Positions 18,838 to 29,775 of a stretch of 64,000 nucleotides of DNA are shown piece by piece. The stretch lies in sequence record MW749003.1; one strand, written 5' to 3'. The stretch's first letter is position 1. Each line of letters begins with the position of its first letter. The translations under genes and the position numbers were made by a program. The notes below the pieces were generated by a model. It was given only the letters and a program-made list of their open reading frames with translations. It did no database searches and had not been told where the DNA came from.

Positions 18838-21171
18838 TTATTTTAATCCTTTGTAATTTACCTTATCATACGGTTCATTACAATCGATTAATATATTGTT
18901 ATTTAAGTAAGGCAACACTAGTGATAAATTTTCGTTCAAATAAGTTAAAAACTCAATACTACCAATTTCATTGCAGTCAAAATCACAATCTTTATCCTGT
19001 ATAAATTGTCTATCTACTTTTGTATTAATAAGATAAGACCTGCCAGGATTAAATAAGGAAATATTATCCTCAAATCTCCGTTCATTATAGGATCTGTTAC
19101 AGTTAACACTTATATCATGATTGAAATAGGTAGGTAATTTTTTCATATAATCCATAACTACTGGACTTTCTTTTAAACCAGTAAAAAGATTATTGTTATT
19201 TGAATCTAATTCGGGAGCAATATTATTTTTAATCATATTAAATAGTTGCTCAAAATATTGATATTTATCTTTCAATTGATAAATGTATTTAAGTCCAATA
19301 TATTTATCTTGATCAGTTTCTTCTATAGCTTCACTTGAATGAGTTTTTAACCATTCTTCAATGAATTGATCTTGACCGATTCTCTTTGACTTGATATCAT
19401 CTTTTGAAGGATATTTTTTATAGAGTTCTATTAGTCTTATAAGAAGATCATCTTCTTGATAATGAAAAGTAATCATTATATTTTTTCTGGTTCCAATATT
19501 TTTTAAAATAAGTGATTTAGAGTTTATGATATCATATTGTGTACTATTTAACTTCTTATTGTTGGCATAAATAGTAAAAGTTCCATCTATTAAAGGATAA
19601 GAATCATCTTGTAGAGTTATTATTGCCCTGTTATCCTCTCTCTTTGGAACTTCACTAAAGAAAAAGTATGAATTTTTCATATAATCTCTAAAAGTTAATT
19701 CAATTTTAGAACCAAAATGAGTCATATCTTTAAAAAGAATCATACTTGGAATTTGATTATGAAGTTGCATATTAATTAATGCAAAATCATCATTGGGAGT
19801 TAACCGATATCCATTAACAAATACCTCTACATTTTCTATATCTTCCATAAATTCTGTAACTACTTCACCATTACTTGTCACATGAGAAACAGGAACAAAA
19901 TAACATGGAACTTGATAGTAATTTGCCATTAAGTTAAAAGCATCAGTCTTAAAGAACATTGATTCAGTGATATTATTGGAAACTACCATAATCTCATTCC
20001 CAATTTTCGGAATGTAATTATCTTTTATAATTACCTCTAGAGAAAAACGATCTTCTGTAAAGTAATTAACAATAATTTTAGTTCTTTTAGGATTAACACG
20101 TTTCCATGAGTTACTATTTTTGAATCGAACATAAACTGAAAAATCTCTATGAGAGAAATATTTTCCAATTCCATCTGTTTTAACAGTAATTCCCTTTGTA
20201 TATAGATTCTCAACATCTTCTTTTGTTTGAATAATATAAGTACATTTAATTTCTTCGTAATCAATTAATGGGTTTCTAAAAGTTTCCAATTCTATAGTTG
20301 AATCATCTTTTATATCACCCTCTTTTAAATACGAACGGCTTATTCCATCTAACTTATTTTGAGAATTATTGTCTCGGTGAAATATCTTTTTACCATCAAC
20401 ATACGCATTTAATTTATGTCTATCAGATATAAAATGATTTATATCTTTCATAGTAAATTGATACTTTTCACCATTTACCCCAAAATTAGCCTCTTCGCTA
20501 TAAGCATCAAACTTATTAGTTAATAGATATTTTCCCTTAGTACCAGTAGTTAATTTAAATACTCTATTATTTACTGGATTACAAATAAGATTTATTAATT
20601 TTTTAATATAACTAGGATCAATATAATTTTTATTTGTTAATTTATCCATTAAAAATTTATTCATATAACGAATATCGCCATTGATAGTTATTTCTCTTAG
20701 TTCTTTATAATCTTTATCAATTTTAAATAATATCCCATCTCTATTTGGAAAATAACTGTCCCAAGCTTCATCAACACACCATACTCTTAAACGATAAAAA
20801 TATTCATCATTCTTATAAGTGATAGAAGGTAAATTATCTGTAAATAGTGTATCTGTAATACTGAGAGATTTTTTAAATTTTTCTCCTCTAGTGATTACAT
20901 CGCCGTTATTATCTATAATTTCTATTTGCATGTAGATCTCTAGTTTAGAATAGTTTTTAAAATTCCAAGAGAATTGATTTTTTTGCTTATCTAATTCTCC
21001 AATATAGAAAAGAGGGATTTCCTCATCTTTCTCAGTTGTTGCACCATTATCATCTCTCGCAGTTATAGAAAGGGTCAGATGGGTACTATCAAACCCATCT
21101 GTGTTATAACTGAGAAGTTCATCAATGTCAATAGGTGAATTTAAGAATTCGGATTGAAATCTAATTGACAT
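18838..21171 (-). CDS. Putative baseplate/tail structural protein
   Basis: 777 aa in late structural operon; N-terminus continues the ~200-aa repeat of 21179..23731. Confidence 0.6.
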   Translation of the reverse strand: MSIRFQSEFLNSPIDIDELLSYNTDGFDSTHLTLSITARDDNGATTEKDEEIPLFYIGELDKQKNQFSWNFKNYSKLEIYMQIEIIDNNGDVITRGEKFKKSLSITDTLFTDNLPSITYKNDEYFYRLRVWCVDEAWDSYFPNRDGILFKIDKDYKELREITINGDIRYMNKFLMDKLTNKNYIDPSYIKKLINLICNPVNNRVFKLTTGTKGKYLLTNKFDAYSEEANFGVNGEKYQFTMKDINHFISDRHKLNAYVDGKKIFHRDNNSQNKLDGISRSYLKEGDIKDDSTIELETFRNPLIDYEEIKCTYIIQTKEDVENLYTKGITVKTDGIGKYFSHRDFSVYVRFKNSNSWKRVNPKRTKIIVNYFTEDRFSLEVIIKDNYIPKIGNEIMVVSNNITESMFFKTDAFNLMANYYQVPCYFVPVSHVTSNGEVVTEFMEDIENVEVFVNGYRLTPNDDFALINMQLHNQIPSMILFKDMTHFGSKIELTFRDYMKNSYFFFSEVPKREDNRAIITLQDDSYPLIDGTFTIYANNKKLNSTQYDIINSKSLILKNIGTRKNIMITFHYQEDDLLIRLIELYKKYPSKDDIKSKRIGQDQFIEEWLKTHSSEAIEETDQDKYIGLKYIYQLKDKYQYFEQLFNMIKNNIAPELDSNNNNLFTGLKESPVVMDYMKKLPTYFNHDISVNCNRSYNERRFEDNISLFNPGRSYLINTKVDRQFIQDKDCDFDCNEIGSIEFLTYLNENLSLVLPYLNNNILIDCNEPYDKVNYKGLK

Positions 21172-21178
21172 AAATTTA

Positions 21179-23731
21179 TCACTCCTTGATATCGTCCCTT
21201 ATTGTATAATAAACCTTATTTCCATCTTTATCAGTTATAGTAGCTTTTATCGATACATCATAGTGGCTACTTCCAATTCTTTTAACATTGGTTGAATCTA
21301 CATTTATTATAGGGGCATTATTCTTAATCATTTCAAATGGTAAACCATTTATATTAGGATAGAAGGATGTCCACGTTTCTGAGGGCGTAGAAAGTCTAAT
21401 CCTAAAGAAATAATTACCTTCATCATAATCATCAAATTTGATACTTTCTAAGTATTCTCTATATTCTCTTTGATTTCCAACACTTATTTCTTTTCCTGCA
21501 CCCTCTAAATTACCTTCATCATCAAGTATTTCAACCTGCATTATAATTGGAATATTTGTGAAATTTCTAAATAACCAATAAAAATTATCATAATCTCTAT
21601 ATAAATTTTGAATATCAAAAAGATTGATAATTTCAGTTCTAGTATTTAATGCATCTCCTTCATCTAATGCATCCATATAAACTATTAATCTAGGTGATAA
21701 TAACTGTGACACATTGTAACCATAATTTATAGAAAAATCTAAAGGTGTTTTTTGAAAATCATTATCAAGTAATTTATTACCATATTGATCTTTTGCAGTT
21801 AATTTAACGAGATCTTCGTCAATATCTGTAACAGTTCCATTAATTGAAAGACCAAATTTATTATCTTCCTCTTTTTTTAGCTCTATCGAATGTACTTCAA
21901 TTTCTGGTTTATTGTTCTTTAATGCTGAAAATGCATATCCCTTTTCATTTGGATAATACGTAGTCCAGTCCTCATGTTCAGAATAAATCTTTAACCGATA
22001 ACGATAGGAGCCTTCAGGAAGTTTTGGATAAAGTCGTTGTTCAACAAATCTTGGTCTCACAGTACTTCCGATAGTTTGATAGTCACTCTCTCTATAGACG
22101 ATATAATCTTCTTCAGTTGTTTCTTCATTTTCTTTTAATATTTCAATGGAAAATTTTAAATTTTGAATTGAATAATTATCTACATACCATGAGAATATAT
22201 GACCTTTATCTTGTTTTAATCCATTAATTTGAAATGCAGGTGCTAAAACAGTTTGAATATTTTCTCCATTGTTATCATCTTGTATGGCTAGAGTAATATT
22301 GACATGTGTTCTATCTATTATATCATATACGGCTTTTATATCTAAATCATATGGTGTATCAATAAAATCTCTTGCTTTTCGTATAATATTACCATCTTCA
22401 TCAGATATGGTGAATAAGAATTGGTCATTCTCTGGATCATCTTTAATATTTGCTTTTAGTAATAAATATTTTATATTATCTAAATCTCGGTATATACGGC
22501 ATTCATTAATAGTAACTACAGGGTCTTTATGTTTTCTTACTGTAAATTGAATGCCATCTTCTAATCTTTTATCAAATGGATAGTATTCTTCCCAATCTTC
22601 TTCATCACACCATACTTTTAAGTGGTATTTATAGTAATCCCTATCAAGAATGAATTTAGTTTCATCTTCTAAGTCAATATAATTATTACTATTTCTATAT
22701 CTAATAACCTGACCAGATTTAATAATTTTACCGTCAAAATCAGTTACTTCTACTTGCATTGCTATACTCTTGTTTGAGTAATTTCGAAATTTCCATTTAA
22801 ACATATTTCTTTCACGATAAAAATCATATAGATCATAAAGCTTAATAGTATCTTGTTGTTGACTTTTACCGTATAATTTATCATTTACATCAACTGTTAG
22901 AGTGAGTTTACTTACATTAAAATAACTAAATGGATATTCATAATAGAGATGCTCTAATTTTGGGCTATAAGTATAGCTTCTTAGATTAACAATAGAACTC
23001 CCAATATTATCAGTTATCGTATAGATTATATCATCTTCTTCATCATCACTAATCAATATTCTTGATGATAAAGCAAAATGATCAGTTTCTCTTCTTATCT
23101 TGGTATCCTTTATCCTCAACCGAGGATTAGTATTATCTCTTAATGTTAATTTAAGACCAGATTCACTAGGATAAAACCTATTCCAATTTTCTTCTTTACT
23201 ATAATATTTTACTCTATAGTAATATTCACCTTCGGATGTATTCAAAAGATCATTACATACATACTTATATAGCGTATAATCAATACCATAAATTTTTTTA
23301 TACTCATTACTATTATAAATTATTTCACCTTCATTATTCAATACTTGAATAATTGAATAAATAGGAACCGTAGAGAAATTCCTTACACTCCATTGGAATT
23401 CCTCTACAGCTGATCTTGAAAGATTTTCTATATTAAATGTATCAATTTTTTTAGATATAGAGGATGTTGCACCACTCTCATCTTCCATATATAAAATAAA
23501 TTCAGTTTCAGTTCCTTGAAAATAATCCTTACTAATATAAAAAAATTTAGAGATATTGATTGGAGTAGCTACAAAGTTATCTATTCCATCTAGCACATTT
23601 CCTTTTTCATCTAAAATCTTAAATTTAACAGGATAGCCAGAATCATTGATAATTTCAGCAATAATTTGAACACTCATTGAATCTAAAGAACTTTTATTTA
23701 ATGAAATACTCTTTAGAGTAGCATTCAACAT
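21179..23731 (-). CDS. Putative structural protein with four ~200-aa beta-rich repeats
   Basis: F.W...N[YF][ST] ... Y..R...[YW]...E.W..[YF]YP...G repeated four times. Confidence 0.6.
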   Translation of the reverse strand: MLNATLKSISLNKSSLDSMSVQIIAEIINDSGYPVKFKILDEKGNVLDGIDNFVATPINISKFFYISKDYFQGTETEFILYMEDESGATSSISKKIDTFNIENLSRSAVEEFQWSVRNFSTVPIYSIIQVLNNEGEIIYNSNEYKKIYGIDYTLYKYVCNDLLNTSEGEYYYRVKYYSKEENWNRFYPSESGLKLTLRDNTNPRLRIKDTKIRRETDHFALSSRILISDDEEDDIIYTITDNIGSSIVNLRSYTYSPKLEHLYYEYPFSYFNVSKLTLTVDVNDKLYGKSQQQDTIKLYDLYDFYRERNMFKWKFRNYSNKSIAMQVEVTDFDGKIIKSGQVIRYRNSNNYIDLEDETKFILDRDYYKYHLKVWCDEEDWEEYYPFDKRLEDGIQFTVRKHKDPVVTINECRIYRDLDNIKYLLLKANIKDDPENDQFLFTISDEDGNIIRKARDFIDTPYDLDIKAVYDIIDRTHVNITLAIQDDNNGENIQTVLAPAFQINGLKQDKGHIFSWYVDNYSIQNLKFSIEILKENEETTEEDYIVYRESDYQTIGSTVRPRFVEQRLYPKLPEGSYRYRLKIYSEHEDWTTYYPNEKGYAFSALKNNKPEIEVHSIELKKEEDNKFGLSINGTVTDIDEDLVKLTAKDQYGNKLLDNDFQKTPLDFSINYGYNVSQLLSPRLIVYMDALDEGDALNTRTEIINLFDIQNLYRDYDNFYWLFRNFTNIPIIMQVEILDDEGNLEGAGKEISVGNQREYREYLESIKFDDYDEGNYFFRIRLSTPSETWTSFYPNINGLPFEMIKNNAPIINVDSTNVKRIGSSHYDVSIKATITDKDGNKVYYTIRDDIKE

Positions 23732-23747
23732 TCCAAATCACCTCTCT

Positions 23748-24680
23748 TTATTTTAGTAGTTTACTAAATTCTGTATAAATGCTATTAATAAATTTTCCAG
23801 CAACACTTTCAATAATATAATCTTTAGAGATATTACCATTTACTACAGCTCCAAAAATAGTTGAAAGGAAAGAAGGAAGATAGTCCAAGCCTAATAATGT
23901 AGTCTCACCATACATTCTTGCCCAGTTCTCTACAAAACTTCTAACATTTAAATCTTTCATTCCTTTGATATCTCTTAAATTATCAAATAATTTAAAAATA
24001 TCTTCATATGCATTATTATCAAAACGCATTTCTTCCTCTTTAATAAGTTTAAGGGATGACTTATTAAAACAAGCATGATAAGCAATATTATCTACAGTAT
24101 CATTATTAGTTTTTCCACATAAATTAATAAGGAAGAATTTAGCTAAAAAGAAGTTAATGAGATCTAATTTATAGTCATCAATATTAATAGCAAATAATTT
24201 ATCCATTACTTTACCAACTAGTTTTGAATAGACAATTGCTCCATTTTTAAGGATTGTCATATTGTTAGTAAAACGATTCCAGTTATTGACTAATTCTAAC
24301 AATATTGTTCCATTCTGCATAAGGTTAAAGAGTGTTTTTGGATAGATATCATACATTCCTGTTGTTTTATTTACAGTTGAATAATATCCAATGTCAACTA
24401 AAGCAACAATTTTTCCACCTTCAACTTTACCAAAGGTACTTAGATATTTTGGTAATTTAATAGTTGGATTATTGATAAGAATGATATCCCCCTTATTTAC
24501 ATATTGCATAGTCTTTCCTTTAGTTGGAAAAGTAATTCTTCGACTAATAATATTTAATGATTCATCTAATTTAGTTATATCCACTCTATCTCTAGACACA
24601 TGAATATTTTTAATACTTTTTACAACACTTTCATTGGCAACTACTTGTCTAAATAGCGCACTATCAGTAATTTTTTTCAT
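23748..24680 (-). CDS. Hypothetical protein (first gene of late structural operon)
   Basis: 310-aa ORF, AGGAGG RBS, late motif upstream. Confidence 0.7.
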   Translation of the reverse strand: MKKITDSALFRQVVANESVVKSIKNIHVSRDRVDITKLDESLNIISRRITFPTKGKTMQYVNKGDIILINNPTIKLPKYLSTFGKVEGGKIVALVDIGYYSTVNKTTGMYDIYPKTLFNLMQNGTILLELVNNWNRFTNNMTILKNGAIVYSKLVGKVMDKLFAINIDDYKLDLINFFLAKFFLINLCGKTNNDTVDNIAYHACFNKSSLKLIKEEEMRFDNNAYEDIFKLFDNLRDIKGMKDLNVRSFVENWARMYGETTLLGLDYLPSFLSTIFGAVVNGNISKDYIIESVAGKFINSIYTEFSKLLK

Positions 24681-24705
24681 ATTAATCCTCCTAAATTAAG
24701 TATCT

Positions 24706-24717
24706 TATTTATTTGTT
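24706..24717 (-). promoter_or_regulatory. Putative late promoter
   Basis: Minus strand AACA AATAAA TA. Confidence 0.55.
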
Positions 24718-24741
24718 CAGGATTACCATAATATATTCATG

Positions 24742-25119
24742 TTATGATAATAATGATGAAAGTAACCCTTTTTTAGTTTCAGTAGTATAAATATTTGTAT
24801 TTATTTTTTCACTACTATTACTTACACCATTGTTATTACTTACATATCTTATGAAAACATGGTATGTAACGCATCCAGCTCGTAATAATACTGAATCCAA
24901 ATAACGATATTTAGAAACATCAATATTAATATTTTCCTCATCGCTATATAATTTTACTTCTATTTCCTCTAATTTATCCTCATTGGGATTAACTAATGTA
25001 AATAAGGCTATATTATCCTGTTGACTCTTTACAGATACTATATCACAGTTTTTTGGCATCAATACTATTTGTTCACTTTGAAGATATATTGGAAATCGTC
25101 TAATTTGCTTTGTAGACAT
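24742..25119 (-). CDS. Conserved phage protein (DUF7352-like)
   Basis: KQIRRFPI...MPKN.DIVSV..Q...LF.LVNP...YL.SV.....YHVF pattern; family assignment from memory. Confidence 0.55.
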   Translation of the reverse strand: MSTKQIRRFPIYLQSEQIVLMPKNCDIVSVKSQQDNIALFTLVNPNEDKLEEIEVKLYSDEENINIDVSKYRYLDSVLLRAGCVTYHVFIRYVSNNNGVSNSSEKINTNIYTTETKKGLLSSLLS

Positions 25120-25147
25120 AATAAAACACCATCCTATTCTATATCTA

Positions 25148-25159
25148 TAGCTATTTGTT
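25148..25159 (-). promoter_or_regulatory. Putative late promoter
   Basis: Minus strand AACA AATAGC TA. Confidence 0.5.
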
Positions 25160-25191
25160 TTGGAAAAAATAGAAAAAAAAAATAAGGGCTA

Positions 25192-25377
25192 TTAAGCCCC
25201 TTTATTCATAGTTAAACCAGTAATTGCATCTGGTTTAACTATGAATTTTCTACCTTTCTTATCACATAAAGCAATAAGATTTCCATAAATATCCATAATT
25301 TCTGCGTCAACATATTCTTGATGAAATCCTTTAATTACATGGATTACCACCCACTGTCCAATTTTATAATTATTCAT
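25192..25377 (-). CDS. Hypothetical protein (small beta-barrel-like)
   Basis: 61-aa ORF, YKIGQWV start; GGGCT/AGCCC hairpin with U-tract follows. Confidence 0.6.
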   Translation of the reverse strand: MNNYKIGQWVVIHVIKGFHQEYVDAEIMDIYGNLIALCDKKGRKFIVKPDAITGLTMNKGA

Positions 25378-25468
25378 AATTCAGCACCATCCTAATTTTT
25401 ATTTTTTACTATTCGTATTCGATTGAAATTTTAAATACCTTAATCATTTAGTAATGTCCTCCTAAAGA

Positions 25469-25909
25469 TTAACTTATTTCATCTATTATATCCCTCGTCT
25501 TAAATACAGATTTTTCAATGGCAATTAAATCATTTATATATCTATTTGGTAATAGTTTTGATGAAATTATTTTATATAGCTTTCTGGCATCAGCTATACC
25601 TATAAGTTCATTGTAATCCTGTATTTTAGAATATATACCTAAGTTAAAACTTTTCATAAGACTCTTACCTTCTACTGGTATATAAATCTTTCTATTTTCT
25701 TTATTGTTTTCATACTCAATTAATACGTTATCTGATGAATTTATACACATTGAAATAATGGTATTACGTCTAAGATTACTAATATTCTTTTGTATGGTAT
25801 CATCAGTAACAAGTATCACTTTTCTTATTCCATTTCTTTCAGTCAACATATATGGAATATGACTCAACATAGAATTAAGCCTGTGACTGAAGGATACCTT
25901 TTTCATCAT
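25469..25909 (-). CDS. Hypothetical protein
   Basis: ORF in operon; start position uncertain. Confidence 0.6.
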   Translation of the reverse strand: MMKKVSFSHRLNSMLSHIPYMLTERNGIRKVILVTDDTIQKNISNLRRNTIISMCINSSDNVLIEYENNKENRKIYIPVEGKSLMKSFNLGIYSKIQDYNELIGIADARKLYKIISSKLLPNRYINDLIAIEKSVFKTRDIIDEIS

Positions 25910-26276
25910 TGGTAAGTAAATCCTCCACTACATCCTTTATAGTTGTATAGAATAGATTTCTTCCTTTTGGTAATAGCAATTTACTGTCAATTATAGTATT
26001 TTCATGATTTAAATCAATAGTTAAAGCCTCTCTGTAATCAAGAGGCTTTTCAATTATTGTGGTATAACATGCAAGATCTAAATAATCCGCATTACAGACT
26101 TTTATTGGCATATATAAACTAATATTATTAACTGAATATCTAATCATTAAATTACTGGATGTCTTTACAAGCCTGTAAGAAGGAAGATTTAAAATCAATA
26201 CATCTTTTAGGTCTTCCCAGTTATTTCTTAATCCAAGAATAAACTGGTCATTGAACAGTTGAACAAGTATATTCAT
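25875..26276 (-). CDS. Hypothetical protein
   Basis: 133-aa ORF with AAGGA RBS. Confidence 0.6.
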   Translation of the reverse strand: MNILVQLFNDQFILGLRNNWEDLKDVLILNLPSYRLVKTSSNLMIRYSVNNISLYMPIKVCNADYLDLACYTTIIEKPLDYREALTIDLNHENTIIDSKLLLPKGRNLFYTTIKDVVEDLLTNDEKGILQSQA

Positions 26277-26387
26277 CTTAAATTTCCTTTTCCTTTCTTT
26301 AGATTTTTATTCTAAATGTTGAAAATACTTTTTTACTATGGTATTTGCAAATGACTCAGATTTTCTCTTTAACATTATTATTTCTCC

Positions 26388-27062
26388 TCACGACATAAAT
26401 GTATTTACAATAAATTCTCTTAAACTGTCATCCTTTTTATGTGTCTGCCTTTTGATATAAGATACAATATAATCTAAGGCTTCTGTTGCAGTAATTTCTT
26501 TTATAACTCCACCTGTATTTAAACAGAAAGAATTTTCTTCAATTCTAAGACTAGATTTAGGAATTAACTCATCTCCTCTGTGAACAACTTCTACTATAAT
26601 TTCTTCTCCTTTTTGAAGGGATTCAATAATAGAGGTTACATCATGAATCTTTTTAAATTTCTTCCAGAATCGTCTACGTTCAATTTTGATAATTTCTTTT
26701 CTTACTCTTTTGAAGAAGTCAGATTTGGAAATAACGATGAGGGTTTTACCAAATATGTCCTCTAGATCTTTATTACTAACACTCTTTTGATTTAATCCTA
26801 GAGCTTGGTAAAACTTACTTTCGGGGAGAGACATTGGTTTACCATTTTTTAACGTTGTAATAGAAAATGTATTTTCTTCTCCTTTGTTGTTAATTACATA
26901 ATAAGCATCTCTAAATTTTTCTTTGCTAATTAGATCAAAGAATGCAAGACTCTTTTCACGATACTTTTGATCAAAAACATTTTCATTAACGTTAATTACC
27001 TTCACCTTTTCAACAATCCTTTCAGTTTTCAAAATGAAGGAGATAAAGAATATCTCCTTCAT
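26388..27062 (-). CDS. Hypothetical protein
   Basis: 224-aa ORF, GGGAGG RBS. Confidence 0.65.
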   Translation of the reverse strand: MKEIFFISFILKTERIVEKVKVINVNENVFDQKYREKSLAFFDLISKEKFRDAYYVINNKGEENTFSITTLKNGKPMSLPESKFYQALGLNQKSVSNKDLEDIFGKTLIVISKSDFFKRVRKEIIKIERRRFWKKFKKIHDVTSIIESLQKGEEIIVEVVHRGDELIPKSSLRIEENSFCLNTGGVIKEITATEALDYIVSYIKRQTHKKDDSLREFIVNTFMS

Positions 27063-27082
27063 CCTCCCTATTTATATTAATA

Positions 27083-27847
27083 TTACTTTTCAGATTTTTC
27101 CTTTTCTTTTTTCTTATTCTTACTTTCAGTCTTTTCTTTCTTTGTAGCGTTTGTTTTCTTTACTGGTTTTTTTGTAGTTTCCTTATCTTTACTTGCAATT
27201 TCTTCATAAAATGGTTTTTTATTTTCTTTACTAGATGCAATTTCTTTTGCTTTATCGGCATTAGACTTCTTGTCAGATTTTTTATCTTCTTTTAATGCCT
27301 CTAAAGTTTCTTCAGCTTTTTCAAGTAATTCTTCCGTCTCTCCAACTTCTTCATCAAAGAAACTATTCATTTCTTCTTCACTAACTTCAATGTCTTCCTC
27401 ATCTTCAATTTCAATATTAGATTGAAAGTTAATTTCCTCATCTTCATTTATTTTAACAGTATCACGAACCAATGTCTCTCTATGTGGATCAATAGCTTCT
27501 CTCATACCAACATTTTGGGAAGAATATATGCCATTATCCTTTTCAAATCTTTCTGTTTCTGGTAAATGTACTTTCATTTCAGATTCAGTATATTCTTCAT
27601 TACTGCTTTTATTAAACTTATCTTTAACAAATCCTACTGGATTTACTTTCTTAATATTACCCATTTTCACATAATTACTCGGAGACAATTTAGTTTTTAC
27701 ACTTTCAGGTAATTTTTCAGAGAGTTTCTTACCAATAATAGCACTTGCAATTCCCCCACCAACAATAGCCGCTCCATAAGTAATAGCCTTCTTAGTTCCT
27801 TCTTTAACTGCGTTTTCTACGATTAATCTCATTTTATTCTCCTCCAA
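27083..27847 (-). CDS. Membrane-anchored acidic/basic low-complexity protein
   Basis: One hydrophobic helix (AITYGAAIVGGGIASAIIG), Glu-rich middle, Lys-rich tail. Confidence 0.65.
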   Translation of the reverse strand: MEENKMRLIVENAVKEGTKKAITYGAAIVGGGIASAIIGKKLSEKLPESVKTKLSPSNYVKMGNIKKVNPVGFVKDKFNKSSNEEYTESEMKVHLPETERFEKDNGIYSSQNVGMREAIDPHRETLVRDTVKINEDEEINFQSNIEIEDEEDIEVSEEEMNSFFDEEVGETEELLEKAEETLEALKEDKKSDKKSNADKAKEIASSKENKKPFYEEIASKDKETTKKPVKKTNATKKEKTESKNKKKEKEKSEK

Positions 27848-27864
27848 ATTTTCTTTTTTTATTT

Positions 27865-28197
27865 TTATTTTAAATATTCATCAATATCATGTGTTTCAAC
27901 ATTCTCAAAATACCATTCATCTTTGTCTGGATCGTATCTAGCATCAATACTATACATTATCGTTGCTATTTTTCTAGGTTCTCTTACTTTGAACATTCCT
28001 AATACTCTAAACATATTTTCTTTAAGTTCTTTGACTTCAACATTTTCTTTATTAAATTCTAAAAGGTCATCTCCATAATATTCTGTAATAAATGATTCTA
28101 CCTGCTTATGTGCTTCTTCCTCATTTGGTTTCCCACAAGCTGAAAGTAAAAAGAGTAAATTAATTGTGATAAATAATACTATAATTTTATTAGTCAT
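27865..28197 (-). CDS. Putative lipoprotein
   Basis: Signal peptide with lipobox LLSAC. Confidence 0.7.
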   Translation of the reverse strand: MTNKIIVLFITINLLFLLSACGKPNEEEAHKQVESFITEYYGDDLLEFNKENVEVKELKENMFRVLGMFKVREPRKIATIMYSIDARYDPDKDEWYFENVETHDIDEYLK

Positions 28198-28209
28198 TAT
28201 TTATCACCT

Positions 28210-28770
28210 TTATATTGCCTTTAATTTTACATCCATATCATCAAAATATATTGTAGACGATACTTTAGTGTTTACCCATTCAATATATGGTCTTCCTTGA
28301 TCATCAAAACCATACGATTTAACAACTACATCTTCATTGTAATCATTTGTATACTTAATAAGACGCTGAATGGCATTTTCAATTTCTTTCTTTTTAATGT
28401 CATCAAGTACATTTAGATTTGGTACTTTCTCTTTAACCAAGATATTAAGAGACTTTATTAATTGATTAATTTTTTCTTTTGGTATTCCATAGTCATAATT
28501 TGATAAGATTTCCATAAAGGAATCAAAAACCTCACTTTCTCTATAAATCTTCATAAAGTCAGATAAATATTTATTAATAAATTCTAATTCCTCATGTGTA
28601 ATCTCTTCTAAAGAATCAATATTTCCTAGTTTTATAATCATATTAGTATTTTTATCATCTTGTAACAAATTATCAAGATGATTACCAATCTTAGATGAAA
28701 ATACACTTACAACATGATTTTCTTCTAGTTCGTCATTAGCATATGCTAAAATATCCATAAAAATATTCAT
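28210..28770 (-). CDS. Hypothetical protein
   Basis: 186-aa ORF, 1-nt overlap with upstream gene. Confidence 0.65.
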   Translation of the reverse strand: MNIFMDILAYANDELEENHVVSVFSSKIGNHLDNLLQDDKNTNMIIKLGNIDSLEEITHEELEFINKYLSDFMKIYRESEVFDSFMEILSNYDYGIPKEKINQLIKSLNILVKEKVPNLNVLDDIKKKEIENAIQRLIKYTNDYNEDVVVKSYGFDDQGRPYIEWVNTKVSSTIYFDDMDVKLKAI

Positions 28771-28964
28771 TATTTATTCCCCCAAATGTCCTTTTTATTT
28801 TTCTTAACTACACTAACCTCAATATTATTGTGATTCTTTTTAATCATTTTACTAGAAGTTTCATTTCTCCCTACAACTTTATTTACACGTTTATTGAAAA
28901 GATTACCTGCTGTTCTACCAAGCTTACGAGCAAAAGTAACTTTTTCTCCATTAAAATTTTCCAT
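28770..28964 (-). CDS. Hypothetical protein
   Basis: 64-aa ORF, GGAGG RBS. Confidence 0.55.
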   Translation of the reverse strand: MENFNGEKVTFARKLGRTAGNLFNKRVNKVVGRNETSSKMIKKNHNNIEVSVVKKNKKDIWGNK

Positions 28965-28980
28965 AATGTTCCTCCACTTT

Positions 28981-29688
28981 TTATTTGAAGTTTCTTATTG
29001 TTCTTCCAATTCTCATTGGATCTAATACAGCGGGAGAAATTAATAAATCAATTGCTATATTTTTTGTAAATGAAATATTATAACCATTATAACCTTTTTG
29101 AAAATTCCCTTTTAAAACTTTCTTACCAAATTTACTTTTTGCTGTTTGTTTTCTAATAAAGCAAATAATTGGTTGAATTAAGAGATGAAAGTTAATTAAA
29201 GATAATAAAACTAGTAAAAGAATATTAATAAAAATATTCAATTTTGTTACTCTTCCTTCTTTAACTGTTAAATATTTTAAATCATTGATTCCCTTTTGTT
29301 TATCTCTTCTAACATAATTGCTAACTGTTGATATAATTGGTGTTTTATTAATTTCTTTCATTTCTTCATTAGTCATTGTATCTAAATTTTCTTCTACAGT
29401 TTCAAAGAAACCTTGAATAAATTCATTTTTAAAACTTTTTCTTTCTTTTGCTTCTAATTTACCAATCTCTAAACCAATATAATATTCAGTTGCTATTTCT
29501 GGTCCAATTCCATACTCAATTATACTTCTAAAATTATAATGTAAGATAATTCCTTTCTTCCCATGTTGCATACCTAACTCAAATGTGTATGTAAGTAGTT
29601 TATGACCAAGTTTTGTACTTTTAGTTATCTTCATCATAATATTAGGTAAAATATGGACTGCTAATCCAATTACTAAAAATTCTATCAT
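28981..29688 (-). CDS. Putative membrane protein
   Basis: Hydrophobic segments at the N-terminus and near residue 150-175. Confidence 0.6.
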   Translation of the reverse strand: MIEFLVIGLAVHILPNIMMKITKSTKLGHKLLTYTFELGMQHGKKGIILHYNFRSIIEYGIGPEIATEYYIGLEIGKLEAKERKSFKNEFIQGFFETVEENLDTMTNEEMKEINKTPIISTVSNYVRRDKQKGINDLKYLTVKEGRVTKLNIFINILLLVLLSLINFHLLIQPIICFIRKQTAKSKFGKKVLKGNFQKGYNGYNISFTKNIAIDLLISPAVLDPMRIGRTIRNFK

Positions 29689-29775
29689 TTTTTTGTTTCC
29701 TCCTCTCTTTTAACGGATCATAGAAATATCCTATTTTAGATAATATAGAATTAAATATTCATTATTATCACAATT

